DNA of 64,000 nucleotides from Octopus vulgaris (lineage: Eukaryota): assembly GCA_951406725.2 (NCBI GenBank), contig OX597817.1, positions 7,068,001-7,132,000 on the forward strand, in the 5' to 3' direction. How positions within the stretch are numbered: position 1 is the stretch's first letter; each line of letters begins with the position of its first letter. Shown here piece after piece: positions 40,943 through 55,600 of this stretch. Position numbers and translations under genes: made by a program. The notes under the pieces are model-generated. The model saw only the letters and a program-made list of their open reading frames with translations, was not told where the DNA came from and did no database searches.

Positions 40943-41344
40943 TATATGAATGTACATGGGATAATGGGGTGGATTGGTTACGAACGTGAAACTTCGTCCT
41001 TGTCCACATTGTAAGTTTAAAGACCGTAGAAAAATGTTTTGCCTTTCATTGTTCTGTTTTCGATAAAATAAAGAATATCATAGGCAGAAAGTTCCATTCA
41101 AAATGTAAGTCTTTATGCCGATGTGTTCATGGTCGCCTGAAGCTTTCTAACTGCAAATTTAAATTCCATAGATCCTTCTTAATTACCTGCGTGTCTATTT
41201 TTCCTTTTTTCTTATTTATTTATTTATGTATTAACTTATTTTTTGCAAGAATTTTTATAGGGTAAGGTATCTTTGTGGTAAGTATCCTTTTCTTGCGGGA
41301 TACCGTGTGTCGGCTTACCCACCGAGGAGGCAATTATACATGGT

Positions 41345-41885
<541 letters not shown>

Positions 41886-42263
41886 GTGAGTATATATATA
41901 TCTATTACTAAACTTCCCGTCTATATGTATTTCTTTATATTTAATATTAACAGCTGTGTGTTTAGCGGAAACATATTATTATTATTCTGGTGAGCGTGCG
42001 ATAGTGTATGTTTGTGTGTGCATGCATGTGCACGAGGGTGGGTTTCGGTATATAATATTATGCGTGTGTGTGTATGTATATGTATGTAAATACGTGTGTG
42101 TATTTCAGTGAACCTGTTTGTGTGCTTGTGTTTATTATAGACTTTGTAGGTGATTTGGAGATTGTATCTTTCTGTTTGCATTGTGAGATTTGTGTTTCAT
42201 TGGAGATTGTTAATGCAAACTGAATGACGTGTTTATACTTTTATAAAGGCCTATGTTTATATG

Positions 42264-42314
<51 letters not shown>

Positions 42315-43769
42315 TGTGTGTGTGTGTGTATGTATTTATGTATGTATCTATGTATGCATCTATGTATATGTATGTCTATAACTATATATATGTTCATAAG
42401 GTGAGGATATATGTTTACGAAACCTTATGTTTATTTAGTCATTTTCACATTTTCAATTTGTCTTGCTCTGTGCTACTAACTACCACCCACGTATCATCCA
42501 CACCATGGCCACCACCAGCAATGATTCGGTTACAGCCCCAAATAACTCCCTCCGTTCGGTGTACTTTCTTCAATGCACGCTCTTCTTCACTTCTAACTCT
42601 CCCCGTCTCCCTTTCTTAACTCCTTATTCATCTTCTCATCCTCCAGGCCAAATTTCAATTACTCCTCCTCCTTCTTCTTCTCAAATTTCGCTCACGAACT
42701 TCTGCATACTTTATACTAATAACCTTTTAGAAATTGCTCGAAACGTTAGATATTTTTCTTGCTACAACAAACTAACATTTGGCTTTATTCAATTGATAGC
42801 ACTGAAATACTAGAAATGATAGTATTACTAGTTACAGTAGTTAGTGTTTTGCCATTGTGCACTGTGTTTTTTTTTATTTTATTATTTTATTATTTTTTGT
42901 TTTTACTTGTTGCTTTTTCGTTTCAAATCCACTTGAGGTGACCTTCGCATTTACCCATTTGTTTAGACGGACAAATATGTTCTGCTCCATTGTACAGACG
43001 GACAAATATGTTCTACGTTGGTCAATACAGTTAAATAAATTTCTCAGCCATAAATGTATGAAATTAATATTTACGGAATCGAAAAAGGGAGCCCGTATAT
43101 ATATCCGTGAAATTGCATAAAAATAGCAGCAAGAATCCCATTAAATCATACTCTATAACCTTAAAAGGATGGGCATATTAGATAACGCATTTTGTAAAAA
43201 TGATATTCTGTTTTATGGTTTTTGATAATGGGATTCCTTGTTCAGGACATTCCTAGGGCTAAAAAAACAATAGCAATCAATATTTCTGCTCATTAGGGCA
43301 GTGGTGAAGAGAATGAGAGACCTTTAGACCTAACTACTAGAAAACCGAAATAGATATTTGTAGCATTTGCTTTTATCCTCGTACGTCTGGATCTGAAATG
43401 TCATTGAGACTGACTTTTCTTTTCATCTGACCGAGTGTCAGTAAAACATATATCATGTAATTCGCTTGGAATCAATTCACTAAAATAAATCCTTCAAATA
43501 AAATGTGTATCATTCTGTTAATGTGAAGAATCGATAGTTATTCAGGTCTTTCAGTTTGTGTTAACCACCAATGTGAACGCCCGACTGGAGCAATGACCGC
43601 AAATTTTAAGTACTTTTCTGTGTTTATTGTGTGTCGACTCTGTTTATATCTTAACTTACAAGTTGTTGCTTCTTTTTATATTTAATATTACAATTAGATA
43701 AATCAACAAATGTACAGACATTTCTACGCAATGCTATATTCGAGTGAGTCATATACATATAAACATACA

Positions 43770-43850
<81 letters not shown>

Positions 43851-43887
43851 ATAATATATATATAATACATATATACATGTATTTATA

Positions 43888-43934
<47 letters not shown>

Positions 43935-43935
<1 letters not shown>

Positions 43936-44376
43936 AATTAACAGGATGAGTTATATATATATATATAGAAATTAACAGAATGCGATAAAAATAATCCGAG
44001 GCTGTGAAAGATTTCAGAAAATTTATAAATAGAAGGTCGTACAGGAATCTTATATGTATACCATTCTGCCTAAATAATGGAACTGAAGATAAAATATCCC
44101 TGCATATCTCACGTCTGTTCTCATTCCTCCACTTCAATCTCTATTTTATATCTTATGTAGAATAACTGATGCTTAAGCATTTTCTCACACCGTCTCCGAT
44201 GAAGCGTTATATAAAATATCCCGGAAACAGCTGTAAGACCATCTATTTATAAATTTTCTGAAATCTTTCACAGCCTCGGATTTTTATCTCATTCTGTTAA
44301 TTTCTTTCATATATGCAGATGCTGATATATGACCTACGTTGGGCTCCTCATTCGCATAATCACCGAACCTGGAGCT

Positions 44377-44453
<77 letters not shown>

Positions 44454-44646
44454 TATGAGAGGTAATGGTGTCAATAAAACCCAAATGTGTCAAGTAATGC
44501 TGAGTAAGTGCTGTGGACAGACTATAGTTAAGCTCCAGGCTTGGTGATTATGCGAATGAAGAGTCCAACGTGTGTACATGTAAAAAAAATCTCAGAATGG
44601 GAAACTCTTTCACAGCCTTGGATTTTTATCTCAGTCTGAAAATTTC
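43935..44646 (+). mobile_element. Rearranged Penelope-like pLTR cassette with nested inverted repeats
   Basis: IR 43967-44044 / 44231-44305; IR 44336-44384 / 44523-44571; direct copy at 44607-44646 of 44264-44304; hammerhead at 44192-44239; (TA)n interspersed. Confidence 0.7.
44192..44239 (+). ncRNA. Minimal type I hammerhead ribozyme, U4C variant
   Basis: Stem I gtct/agac; CCGAUGA 44196-44202; weakened stem II; GAAAC-AGCU-GUA 44224-44235. Confidence 0.6.
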
Positions 44647-45328
44647 GTATTTATGTATATATATATATATATACACATATATATGGGGAGGTATGGGGGT
44701 GGGGAGGTATGGGGGTGGGGGTGTATATGTGTGTGTGTAGTTAGAATATTCTTTATTAATATATTTAAAGCTTTAACCGGTTTCACAGTTTACACAGATT
44801 TTCAAAAAGTTGAAATAGAAAGCCGTGTCTTAATTCGCAGCTGTCTTGCTTCTTACTAGTGTTTGAAGCCTACCCTATGTTTATAGGGGGTTCATGGCTC
44901 CAATTAGTATATGCTTTGAATAGGACTGATTGGTAGAGGATAGTCACATGACTGGTCTTAGAAAGTTTTGTAGGTTCCCCGCTACGTCCGTGTGTTAGTA
45001 TCAAGTGACAATGTTCAGCGCCGTAAGTTAAGGCAGACACAGTTGACTGAATATGTCTAAACAATCAATGCTCTGAATGTTTTGTCAAGTGTCGGTAGAG
45101 AATGAACACATAATTTGCATGTTTCCCGTTAGGCTTGTGTTAGTGCCACGTGACTGTATATTTTGCGCCAACAAATTTAACCTGTCTGGTGGAAGAGTGG
45201 ACAGGAGTCGTTTGTATGTAGTCCATTGGCTAAAGTTTAGGTTGTTAGCTGTGTAGATTCATCATGTTAAGTAGCAACATTAGTTTTGTGAGCGAATAAT
45301 AATTTGCGTATGTACACTGTTAGAGTTC

Positions 45329-45690
45329 GTTAAGTATTGGCTTGTATTTTTGTATGAAAGTATTTTCTGTGTTCATTTATGTTCATCTGTGGTATTCGCT
45401 GAACATTGGTAGAGTGGGAAGAAGTGGAATTTGGGGGACTTAATTTTTGCACACATGTCTATGTGTCTATTCAGTGAAATCTGATTAGTACCGAGGTCTT
45501 GCATTTGTTGTCGGTGAACGGTCAGTCTATTTCTTAGAGAAAGCTTTGTTTTACCTATGTGATCTTCATTACATCCTTGACATTTGATAACGTTTAATAA
45601 ATTCCCTGAAGAACATGTAATATGACTTTTTACGGTAAAAATCTGTCCTCATTTGAATTTGTATGTTGTGTCTTCAATAAAGTTGATGCG
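45329..45690 (-). pseudogene. Penelope-like element GIY-YIG endonuclease remnant
   Basis: Minus strand reads FK*GQIFTVKSHITCSSGNLLNVIKCQGCNEDHIGKTKLSLRNRLTVHRQQMQD...LNRHIDMCAK, then after frameshifts KFHFFPLYQC...ENTFIQKYKPILN; this matches the PLE pattern CxSxNxIYxIxCxxC...YIGxT...LRxRxxxH...E..FI....P.LN. Not present in the ORF track. Confidence 0.85.
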
Positions 45691-46641
45691 GGACTTTCAT
45701 CAACCACTTATGCGGATTATCCTCAGTCACTAGCACACCATGGAAACCGAGTCCAGTCGTATAAATCACGGCACTCGAGGCAGCATGGAACAATCCATTT
45801 TATATATGTAGATAGTATAGTAAACCAATAGTCTACTGATCTATTGATCAGGTCTTTTTATTATGTAAATTTCAATTGAAAGAAACTATATCAGATCTTT
45901 TACATTTCTAAGCTCCATTGTTCTATGCTGCATGGTGCTTTGTGCAACTAACTGAGTAAAGTTCTCGCCAAAGCAATACCATATTCTATGCTAATAAGAA
46001 ATGATCGAACAACCATCTTGTTAGAATAGAACGACTGCAATCCCTCATTTGCTGATCAGAGACACAAATAAAGTTGAATTTTGTAAATTCTTGTAAACCA
46101 TTTCCAGCCTGGTTATGCATATTTGTGAACAGAGATAAATTGGATTTAGTAAGTTGGGATCTAATATTTGCTCAGAGAGAATCGTGCTAAACTGAATAAA
46201 GAACAATCCGATATAGTCTGGAATCTATCTACAAAGGGAATATGTATACAATAGAATGTGGAATTTCGTTTCATGAAACGTTGCGCAATGATTAGAGAGA
46301 ATAACAGATGGCTAGTAGCATTGTTTAGACTTATTAAAAACACTACATCGCTGCATAAATGAATTATTTGGATATACGTGGCGGGATTCTCTGCCTCTAT
46401 CGTTCTATCGTTCTCCTACTTCTCTTATACTCTCTCTTTCTCTCACTCTTACACACACACACACACTGACACATCAATACATACACGTGTAAATGTATAT
46501 ATGCACATGCATTTAGAAAGACAGACGACAGAGAGGAACATGTATAAAAACATAGAACTTAATAATTACATATATACAGGTGTCTAATTACATGCAAATA
46601 AAGTAATTAGAAATGCGCAGGTGCGCTACTACGTATCGATA

Positions 46642-46673
<32 letters not shown>

Positions 46674-46929
46674 CATATATATATATATACATATATATAT
46701 ATATGTATGTATGTATGTTTGTATACCTTCATACATGTACACATAACTATACATAAACAAACAAACACACGCACAGTTTGATAGATTGATTGAATGATTG
46801 CCTGATCTCAATCAGTTTTTTAATGTTAAGTGACCCAATTCAGTAGAGATGGCTGAGAAAGGATTCAGTTCTAATTAACTGGATTATAATTATTATCATC
46901 ACCATCGTTCTTATTCGTATTTTTATTGA

Positions 46930-47460
46930 GTGGGAGAGTAGCACCTGGCATCAAAGTGACACTGAGGTACAAATATACGAAGCCCAATATACCCATCATG
47001 GCTACCCGTCTGATAAGGGAACACCAGGCACATGCATCACAACGGTGTGTACGCTACATTGTGACCTCACATCAGATAAATAGCGCATGACCTTAGAATT
47101 TTCTTCTGGTCGAGTAGCCCATCCCACGCGAGAGGTCCCTAAATAAGGTTTTTTTTAAGGAAAATTAACAAAACGCCCGTGTTTCCAGAGATGAATTATT
47201 CAAACCCCAAAGAATTCTTCTTAATATATGGCTATGTTGCTCCCCAACTACTTCTGCTCATGATCAGAGATGCACATATTGTCAGCCACTAAAGGACATG
47301 CTGAACTGGTTAAGGTCAAACAACTGACAAGCAAATCTGTAGTATTGAGCAGAATATTTGCTGTAACCCATCTTTTATACCAAGACAAACCAATGTACAT
47401 GATAATACTTCCAATCAGTTAAGGTCAAAAGCCATGAGAGCTGTTGCTTGGTACTGCATA
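46930..47460. mobile_element. Probable interspersed repeat fragment (unclassified)
   Basis: GC-richer block abutting a (TAT)n tract; family not assignable from this window. Confidence 0.3.
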
Positions 47461-47484
47461 TTATTATCATTATTATTATTATTA

Positions 47485-47535
<51 letters not shown>

Positions 47536-48225
47536 TTTATTTTGTTTCAGTACATTACTAGACTGAACATATAACCATTTTTGGAGATTTTTTTCTGATA
47601 TATTAATGTATCTGAAAACAGCATTCACTAGAAACTCGCTCCACTTTCCACCGACCTTTTCGTGGTCTGTTATGATTGTGAACGCAGAGAGCTGGAAGAA
47701 AATACTCGGTGTTCTATCTGCCGCTCTGCCGATTTTGCCGATTTATTGCCCATTGTAACAGAGCACACTCCTGAATTTAGTTACTAATGTTTACACATTA
47801 GATCCGAATTCTTCTGTCATTACTCCGAGATCCTGAATTGATAACAATCTCTAATAACACACTGGCTTCAAGACTATGCAAATATTTTATCAGAAATAAC
47901 TTAGTATGAATTATTCGTTATATAGAGGTATAATTTCGAATGTGACGACTCATACATATGTGAACTCTAATCCTCATCAAGTATATCTGTGGTCAAATTC
48001 ATTCGAGATGGTTTGCGTGTTAGGAACTCAACTTGCTTTCATGTTGAGGTTATTACGTTTTAGATCAGCCATCTTTGAATCATATAAAGCTATGAATAAT
48101 AGCATGTTAATTTTGGGTGGAAGATTTCATTTTTGTAGCAAAAGTCGGAGCTTGCCCGTTGGACTCAAACGCAAAATTTACGTGCTACGGTTTACAGCTT
48201 TATATAATTCTTATAATGAGAACAA

Positions 48226-48257
<32 letters not shown>

Positions 48258-48967
48258 CATGTGTGTGTGTGTGTGCGTGCATTGTGTGTGTGTGTATGTG
48301 TATGTGTTTATGCTTGTATACAAAGGTCGGTACAAAGAGAAAATGCTCTACACCGTAGCCTCAAATAACACCTACATTTCTAAGGAAAAGAAATACGTTC
48401 CAAATATTACAGAACAAAACGCATACTAAATCAGTAAGAAAATAAATATCATGATTATTCGCACCTTTCATCAACAACAATAACAACAATAGAAATAGCA
48501 GAGAATATATTTAGAATTAGACCTGAGAATATTACTTTTCGCCTCGAAGTAAACAATCACCTGCCAAATTAGTCTGCAACATCATGTTAACATAAACAAA
48601 AGATAACAAAACATGTTTTTTTCAGCGCTAATCGAGCAGATCGTTATAATCTATTGAATATCGCTTAAAAGCTAGTCAACAACAATAACAGATTATATAC
48701 TTCTAAAAGAATGTATTTCAAGCTATAAATATACATCAGCAACTAAATATCTATTACTAGTATATTAAATTATTTTATTCCTAAACGGTTGGTAGATTTA
48801 TCATTTGGAAGGCCTAACAACTCGTTGGAAACGTGTATGCGTTCCTTCAATGTATATTTAAGTACGTCTGTCTGTATATGTGTGTGTGTATGTGTGTGCT
48901 TATTTGTGGGTTTGTATTAGTGTGTGTGTGTGTAATATATATATATATATATATGTATGTATATATG

Positions 48968-49023
<56 letters not shown>

Positions 49024-49940
49024 TACACACGCGCACGTGTATGTGCGAATGCAGTTGTGTATACTAAGAGAGAAATGTTACTTCTCATAACAGTAAACAG
49101 CTGGAAACGAGGAAGTTTGGAGGAGAACAGCTGATATATTTACATATTAAAAGACTGTGAATAAGAAAGATGAAGCTAAAGTATCGAATGTTGACTAGTG
49201 ATAGTAGTTCGAGGGAGATGCTACAAAAACAAAACTAGCAACAACAATGTCTTGCTTAACCTTATCAACAATCTTCACTGGCAGTCGTAGCTGAAATGGT
49301 AGCAATAGTTCCAGAAGATGTGGCAGTAAAACTAATTTAATCTCGTGTATTACGTAAATAATTTTAGCAACTTTAATATAAACTAGATTTGAATACAACA
49401 ATAGGATGTTTCTAAGTTACAATATAACTTACAAAGCCCCCATTTGAATTAGAAAAGAAATCATTACAAAGACGGGGAAATGAAATTTCGTGAGTAGCAA
49501 GGAAGAAAGTAAAATATATAATGAAAGAAAGTAAGCAAGAAGTAGAGAAGAATGAGGAGCAAGTATTTATATCTTTATGGGTTAGGTACTCATTATTGAG
49601 CAGCTCACACGTTCGGGCTCGCTTCACGCCTGTTTAAAGGGAACAGAAATATAAACAAAAGTATTTTTCTTCCATCTGTATTTGAAAAATATAATTGTTT
49701 TTCTCATCATAGAATTAGAGGCATATTTCGAAAGTATGACCTTGAAATATAATGACTCAAAGTTTTTCATTCGGGTTTCAAAATATGAGTCAAACTCTGT
49801 GGTTATTAAATTGATACATCTGCAGCCTTATTTTAACGTCAGAAATTCACATCTAGAACGACTTTCTATATTTGTAATTTTCACATATGTGCTTTGTAAT
49901 ATTTTGCCGTTACTGAGGTCAATTAGTTTTAACGGATGTA

Positions 49941-50326
49941 TCTCTCTATATATAAACGGCAGTTTGTCTGTGCGTGTTTCTGTGTGTCTGTTTTCTCGTA
50001 CCCTCACCCTGACCACGGCTTTCAACCGATTCTGATGAAACTTGACACACACATAGCCCAATGTCATAATTCAAAACTAACGCAGCCAAAATTTTGAAAA
50101 GTTCCCCCAGTTCTGAAAAAAATCGATAAATTCGACATGGGGTCGAGAATCATAAACATGAACCACAAACTGTCTAGGGGACGCAACTCCATCCTTTTTT
50201 AACTCTCAAAAAAAAATTTACCATCATTTTTTTCCATTTTTTTGCTATTTTTTGGCTATAACTCTCTGAACATGCTTTATAGTTATTTCCCTTACAAACC
50301 TGAGCAACGCCGGGCGATACTGCTAG
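49941..50326 (+). mobile_element. Non-autonomous Helitron (different 5' body, shared 3' end)
   Basis: A|TC start; 3' ~120 bp shared with 39368-39764, including the hairpin and CTAG|T. Confidence 0.82.
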
Positions 50327-50479
50327 TATTTTATAAGTGGGTGGTAGAACGAAATTGCGATGAAATTTCTAAGTAATGTCGCATTGTGCTCATCTAGTGT
50401 GTTATCGTAGTTAAAGTTCTGGATTGAGTCTTAATCAAATATCAACATACTTCAGTCTATTTATATACGACTAACATAC

Positions 50480-50875
50480 ACTCAGTTTCTGGGAGCTTCT
50501 TCGACGTGGAAACTAATCGTGATCAGGACCGCCATCTGGATTGCTATCAGCCCTTCCATTGTATGGTCTACTCTCCGCTATTGCTAGCAGAATTCCTCTG
50601 ACTTCACGGGTCTTAGAAGTTCCCTTCCGAGGCACAAGTTCGAGTAAGGTTGTTTATGGAAGAGCAGTCATTACCCATGCGTACCAGCCTTTCCTCTGCA
50701 CGCTACCGATGTTATGCAGAGGAAAGACAAAGGCCGATGCAGTTTGGCACCATTGGCATCGCAACTCACTTCTACAGCTGAGTGAGTTGCAGCAGCGTAA
50801 AATACAGAGCACGCAGCCTGGTCCGGGAATCGAATTCACTTCATGATTGGGAGCCCGACACTCTAACTTCTGAGT
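50480..50875 (-). mobile_element. tRNA-derived SINE family 3
   Basis: Minus-strand head gttagagtgtcgggc...gaattcgattcccggacc (B box-like); body homologous to 55400-55500 (cgctattgctagcagaat...cttcacgggtcttagaagt). Confidence 0.6.
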
Positions 50876-50897
50876 TCACTTAAAGAATAATATACAT

Positions 50898-51175
<278 letters not shown>

Positions 51176-51270
51176 AACGCTCGAGAGGTGTTCTTTATAT
51201 GTTATTTATATATATATATATAATGGCGGTGCCCCAGCATGGCCACAGCTTGTGAGCTGAAACTAAATAA

Positions 51271-51319
<49 letters not shown>

Positions 51320-52180
51320 AAATTTAAAGGTCGTGGGCTCAAATCTACTTCACACACATGTTTACATATATATGTGAGTGTTCCTGGGTGTGTATGTATG
51401 TCCATAAACGCATATTTTCTACTCCATGCGTCCTTTGTTGTTAAGACAGGAATTAGAGTTTGAAGAGGTGACTGCTATTTCGATCATAATGCACAACCTG
51501 ATAGAAGGTCCGTCGCCAGCATGACATGCAATAGTTTCCATAACAGGTCACTTAAGGATCGAGTAAAGAACAAATAATGATTGAGTGACAATTTAAACAC
51601 AATAGGTATGTGCCGATCTGTATGCTTTAAAAAATGTGAAATTCTGGGAAGGTACATCTTATTTTAAAGAATAATTACACTTGTCAAGAATATGCGGTTT
51701 TCGAGCTGTAATCCTGTTTTCTTGTTTAATCAATAGTAGAGGTGCTGTAGTGGAAATTTTATGATATATTTTATACTTACTTTTAATCATTTTTTTCTAT
51801 TCTTTATCCTTTTATGCTCTACACACAATTCACTTCAGTTATTTAATCAAAAGTTTATTTTGAGTTTCCTCCTCTGACGAAAAGTTTATCTAACCACTAT
51901 TGAAAAAAATCGCAAACGTATGAAATTTAAATTTATCAATTTGTATTCCATTCGTTATATGTACTGTTTGAATATTCTGCCACTGCACGCGCCTCATGGC
52001 ATTACACCTATTTTAACAGGCACTCAATTTTGGGCTGATGATCTTGTAGGATAACGATTATTAAGGCGTTTTTAGATAAATAGTTACAGGTTATACGCGA
52101 ATACCAATCTTTCTCCCCATCTTTCCCTCTCTCTCTCTCTTTCTCTCTCTTTCTCACAGTATATATATACATACATACAT

Positions 52181-52250
<70 letters not shown>

Positions 52251-52277
52251 AAATAAAAACATGATGCCAAGTATTCA

Positions 52278-52355
52278 GCGGTACATATGTTTCGGGCCTT
52301 TATTAGACGGATTTATAACAATGCATAATATGTGTCTATGGCCTTCTTCAGCCGC
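52278..52355 (-). ncRNA. Type I hammerhead ribozyme (minimal stem III, long stem II) in a (TA)n-flanked cassette at 52249-52520
   Basis: Minus strand reads gcgg-CUGAAGA-aggcc.tagac...gtcta..ggccc-GAAAC-AUAU-GUA-ccgc; stem I gcgg/ccgc; stem II ggcc/ggcc plus tagac/gtcta. Confidence 0.82.
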
Positions 52356-52520
52356 GCACAATTACTACTTCAAGGACATGTATTACATCAAAAATTCTAC
52401 GTTGGGGATGCAAATCCTCTCAGTCGCGTACGACATAATGCGGTACCAGCACACTCCACCACCTACATCACTAAACGGTATATACAGGTGCTTACAATTA
52501 TCAAGTACTCACCCTGAATT

Positions 52521-52584
<64 letters not shown>

Positions 52585-53380
52585 GTATATTTGTGTGTGT
52601 GTCTGTATGTATGTATATGTGTGTATGCAAATTTACACACACGTATATAATTGTGTATGAGTTTAGCTGTTTATCACGTGTGTAAGCGCATGTATTTGCC
52701 TATACGTGTGTGTTTTGTGTATGCGTGTGTTTGTGCGCGTGCGAGTGTGTTTATGGTTAGAAATGAAATTTTCTTTACCAGAATGTGGGACATTCATATC
52801 GTGCCGGTGTCTCTACATTACCTTAATTCGCATACGATATTCTGTCCGATTTTAATCGGATAAAATGTGTCTCTCATCCGCTTAGCTCTGTAAAATCCAC
52901 TGCTAAGTACTAGAATTATGGACATGAATTATGCCTATCTTAACAACTTACGCAGCGAAATAATCGTTTTTATTTTTACTATTGCTTACGTATTTCCTTA
53001 ATTCTCTATTGAGAAAAAAGCAACCTTTAATCGTGTATATTATTGTGCACACCGCATTAATGTTTTGTAACCGATCTATGTTCAAATCGACACAAAATCC
53101 ATTTCAAGTTCTGAATAAATGAATATATTATAATGGAGGAAAAAATGTACTGAAAATGTGGTTGGTTGTCATATGGGACGTCACCAAGCCACTAGTCTCC
53201 TTCAAGATTAAATATTTGCAACAATAGAATATGTTGCCAAATAACTATTCTCCTGATTACACTCACACACACACATGCATATATATATATTGAAAACAAG
53301 TGGATGTATTCCACTGAAACTAGGTAAATAGATTCTTCAAACAGGGACAGTCAGTAGCGACACCTGCTGGGTCTGACTAC

Positions 53381-53423
53381 GCTGCATTGATAAAGGGCAA
53401 ATACCCTGAAACATGTCTGCAGC
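53381..53423 (+). ncRNA. Minimal type I hammerhead ribozyme, U3-A8 covariant core, in a TA-flanked cassette at ~53291-53590
   Basis: Stem I gctgca/tgcagc; UUGAUAA 53387-53393; stem II aggg/ccct; GAAAC-AU-GUC 53408-53417. Confidence 0.72.
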
Positions 53424-54062
53424 TGTCTGACTGGCAGGAAGAAGCGGCTGACCTCCCTTGTTCGAAGGTTTATAATGGACGCAGGTTGTGTGTCAAATAG
53501 CTAGCTTGAGGCGGTGGCCTCTTGGAGCTAATCAGCGACAGCTTTAGTCTTATATTTATAAGACTGCCATGTAACTATGGCGATAACTATTAATATATAT
53601 GTATATTTACATATATATATATATGTATATATGTATATACATATCTCTATAATTGTGTCTATGAGAGTATATTTGGATATAAATAGGAGAGAAAACAAAA
53701 GACCGATGTGTGTATGAAAAGTATTTGTTCGAGACTAACAGTGTTCTTTGACATAGCTTCAGTCGTCATTTATTACTCAAGAGGTAAGAAACACGATGAT
53801 AAAAGTGAACTCATACAAGCGGCGGCAGGAATCCACCGCTTACAATAATTTAATTCAAATATAAACATATCTGCAGCAGAATGTGCCGATGTGATTGAGT
53901 GTGTAAGTGCGTATAAATTGTAGGAGACATGTGTACAAGTGTATATAGTATTATAGTATTATATACACACACATATATTTATATGTGTATGTGCGTGTGT
54001 GTGTGGGGGAGGGGGGTGTACGTTTATATATGCACATACATGAAAATATATATGCGTTTATG

Positions 54063-54167
<105 letters not shown>

Positions 54168-55329
54168 GTATTATGTATCTAAGTATAGATATTTGCATAT
54201 ATACATATATATATATATATGTCTATATGTATACATATATATTTATGCATATGTATGTATGCATGCATGTATGAATGAGGTTATCTTTTAATTTTGTGTA
54301 TGTTCTTCATAAGAGAGTGAAGCCGGTCGCTAACTAAGTAACAAGCCACAAACCGGATTTTAAAATTAAACGAATATATTAAATTTTACATAATCTTATA
54401 ACAGATTATAATTGTGCCAGCCTGCCGATATGCATGTAACTGCAAATATTTCACATTTAATAACACTCCGAAATAGGACCACCGATGTATTAAGAAGGCT
54501 GTTACTTCAATCATCTACAAAAAGCTAAAAACGTAACACAAATCGAGACAGTACAAGTGGTAGTGTAGAAACAAACAGAATTATTCATGCGCAATTTCGT
54601 TCAAAATGGATGTGAAACACAGCCACTCATGCCGTCGAAAACAGCGGCTAAATCTCTCACAGCCGAAACATGCCGTCTAAAATAAAACAGAAAAGAAGAA
54701 ACATATTATAAGTAATACTATGTAGATATCGTTAGATGTTACAACTTTCGTATTCTCTGCAAACAATTGTCTTATTATCAACCTATGTTTTAAGAATACG
54801 ATGTATAGCAAAATCTAAACTTTTGTTATTTTCTTTCTCTCCTTTCGAGTTAATTCATATGGTTCATTATAATGATTATCTGATAAAACCTCTCTCTTTT
54901 ACTATTCCACCCTCTCTCTCTCTCTTTCTCATTCACTCTCACTCTGTGTGCATCTCTCTCTCTCCTTATTTGTATGCATGTATGTAAGTATGTACGTTCG
55001 TACATATGTTCGTATGTACGTATCTATGTATCTATGTGTATATGTATGTACGCATGTATGTATATCATGTATATCATTATAATATAATTAGCCAGATAGG
55101 CAGCGTTTCTGCCAGATTATTTAATGGACATAGGAAAATACAGTGTAGGTGCAACTGACAGAACCACCGCTATTTATGACTAAGCGCATTGACTTGCCTC
55201 CTCCATACATGTTATCAGTAACTGACAGTTGTATTCAGAGATCCAGATAAGTGTTGGAAAACACAAGCGGGTTGCCCATATTCATAGCCACAGCACATAA
55301 TAGTTTTCCACTGAGGCTAAGTGTATATT

Positions 55330-55500
55330 TATGAAGCTTTCTCAATATGATACTGTAAAGAGGCCATCTAAGTTCATAGTCTTTCGGCCCTCCTTGCCAA
55401 CTGGACAACCATCAGCTTTTCAATCCTCTGATCCGTTCTGCGCTATTGCTAGCAGAATCCTTCTAACTTCACGGGTCTTAGAAGTCCACTTCCAAGGTTA
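55330..55500 (-). mobile_element. SINE family 3 body fragment
   Basis: Homology to 50530-50635. Confidence 0.55.
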
Positions 55501-55600
55501 TCTTACATATGCCTTACATTCTGGAAAGTTCTAGCGGAATACAATCGCTCTTAATTAATGAGTGATCATATATGACTTTGTGAAGTCACGTGGACTAGTG

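Noticed and set aside
50032-50041. ctgatgaaac inside a Helitron
   Set aside because: No stem II or stem I; a chance match to hammerhead boxes.
51874-51925. ctgacga...gcaaacgta
   Set aside because: No stem II pairing and GAAA is disrupted.
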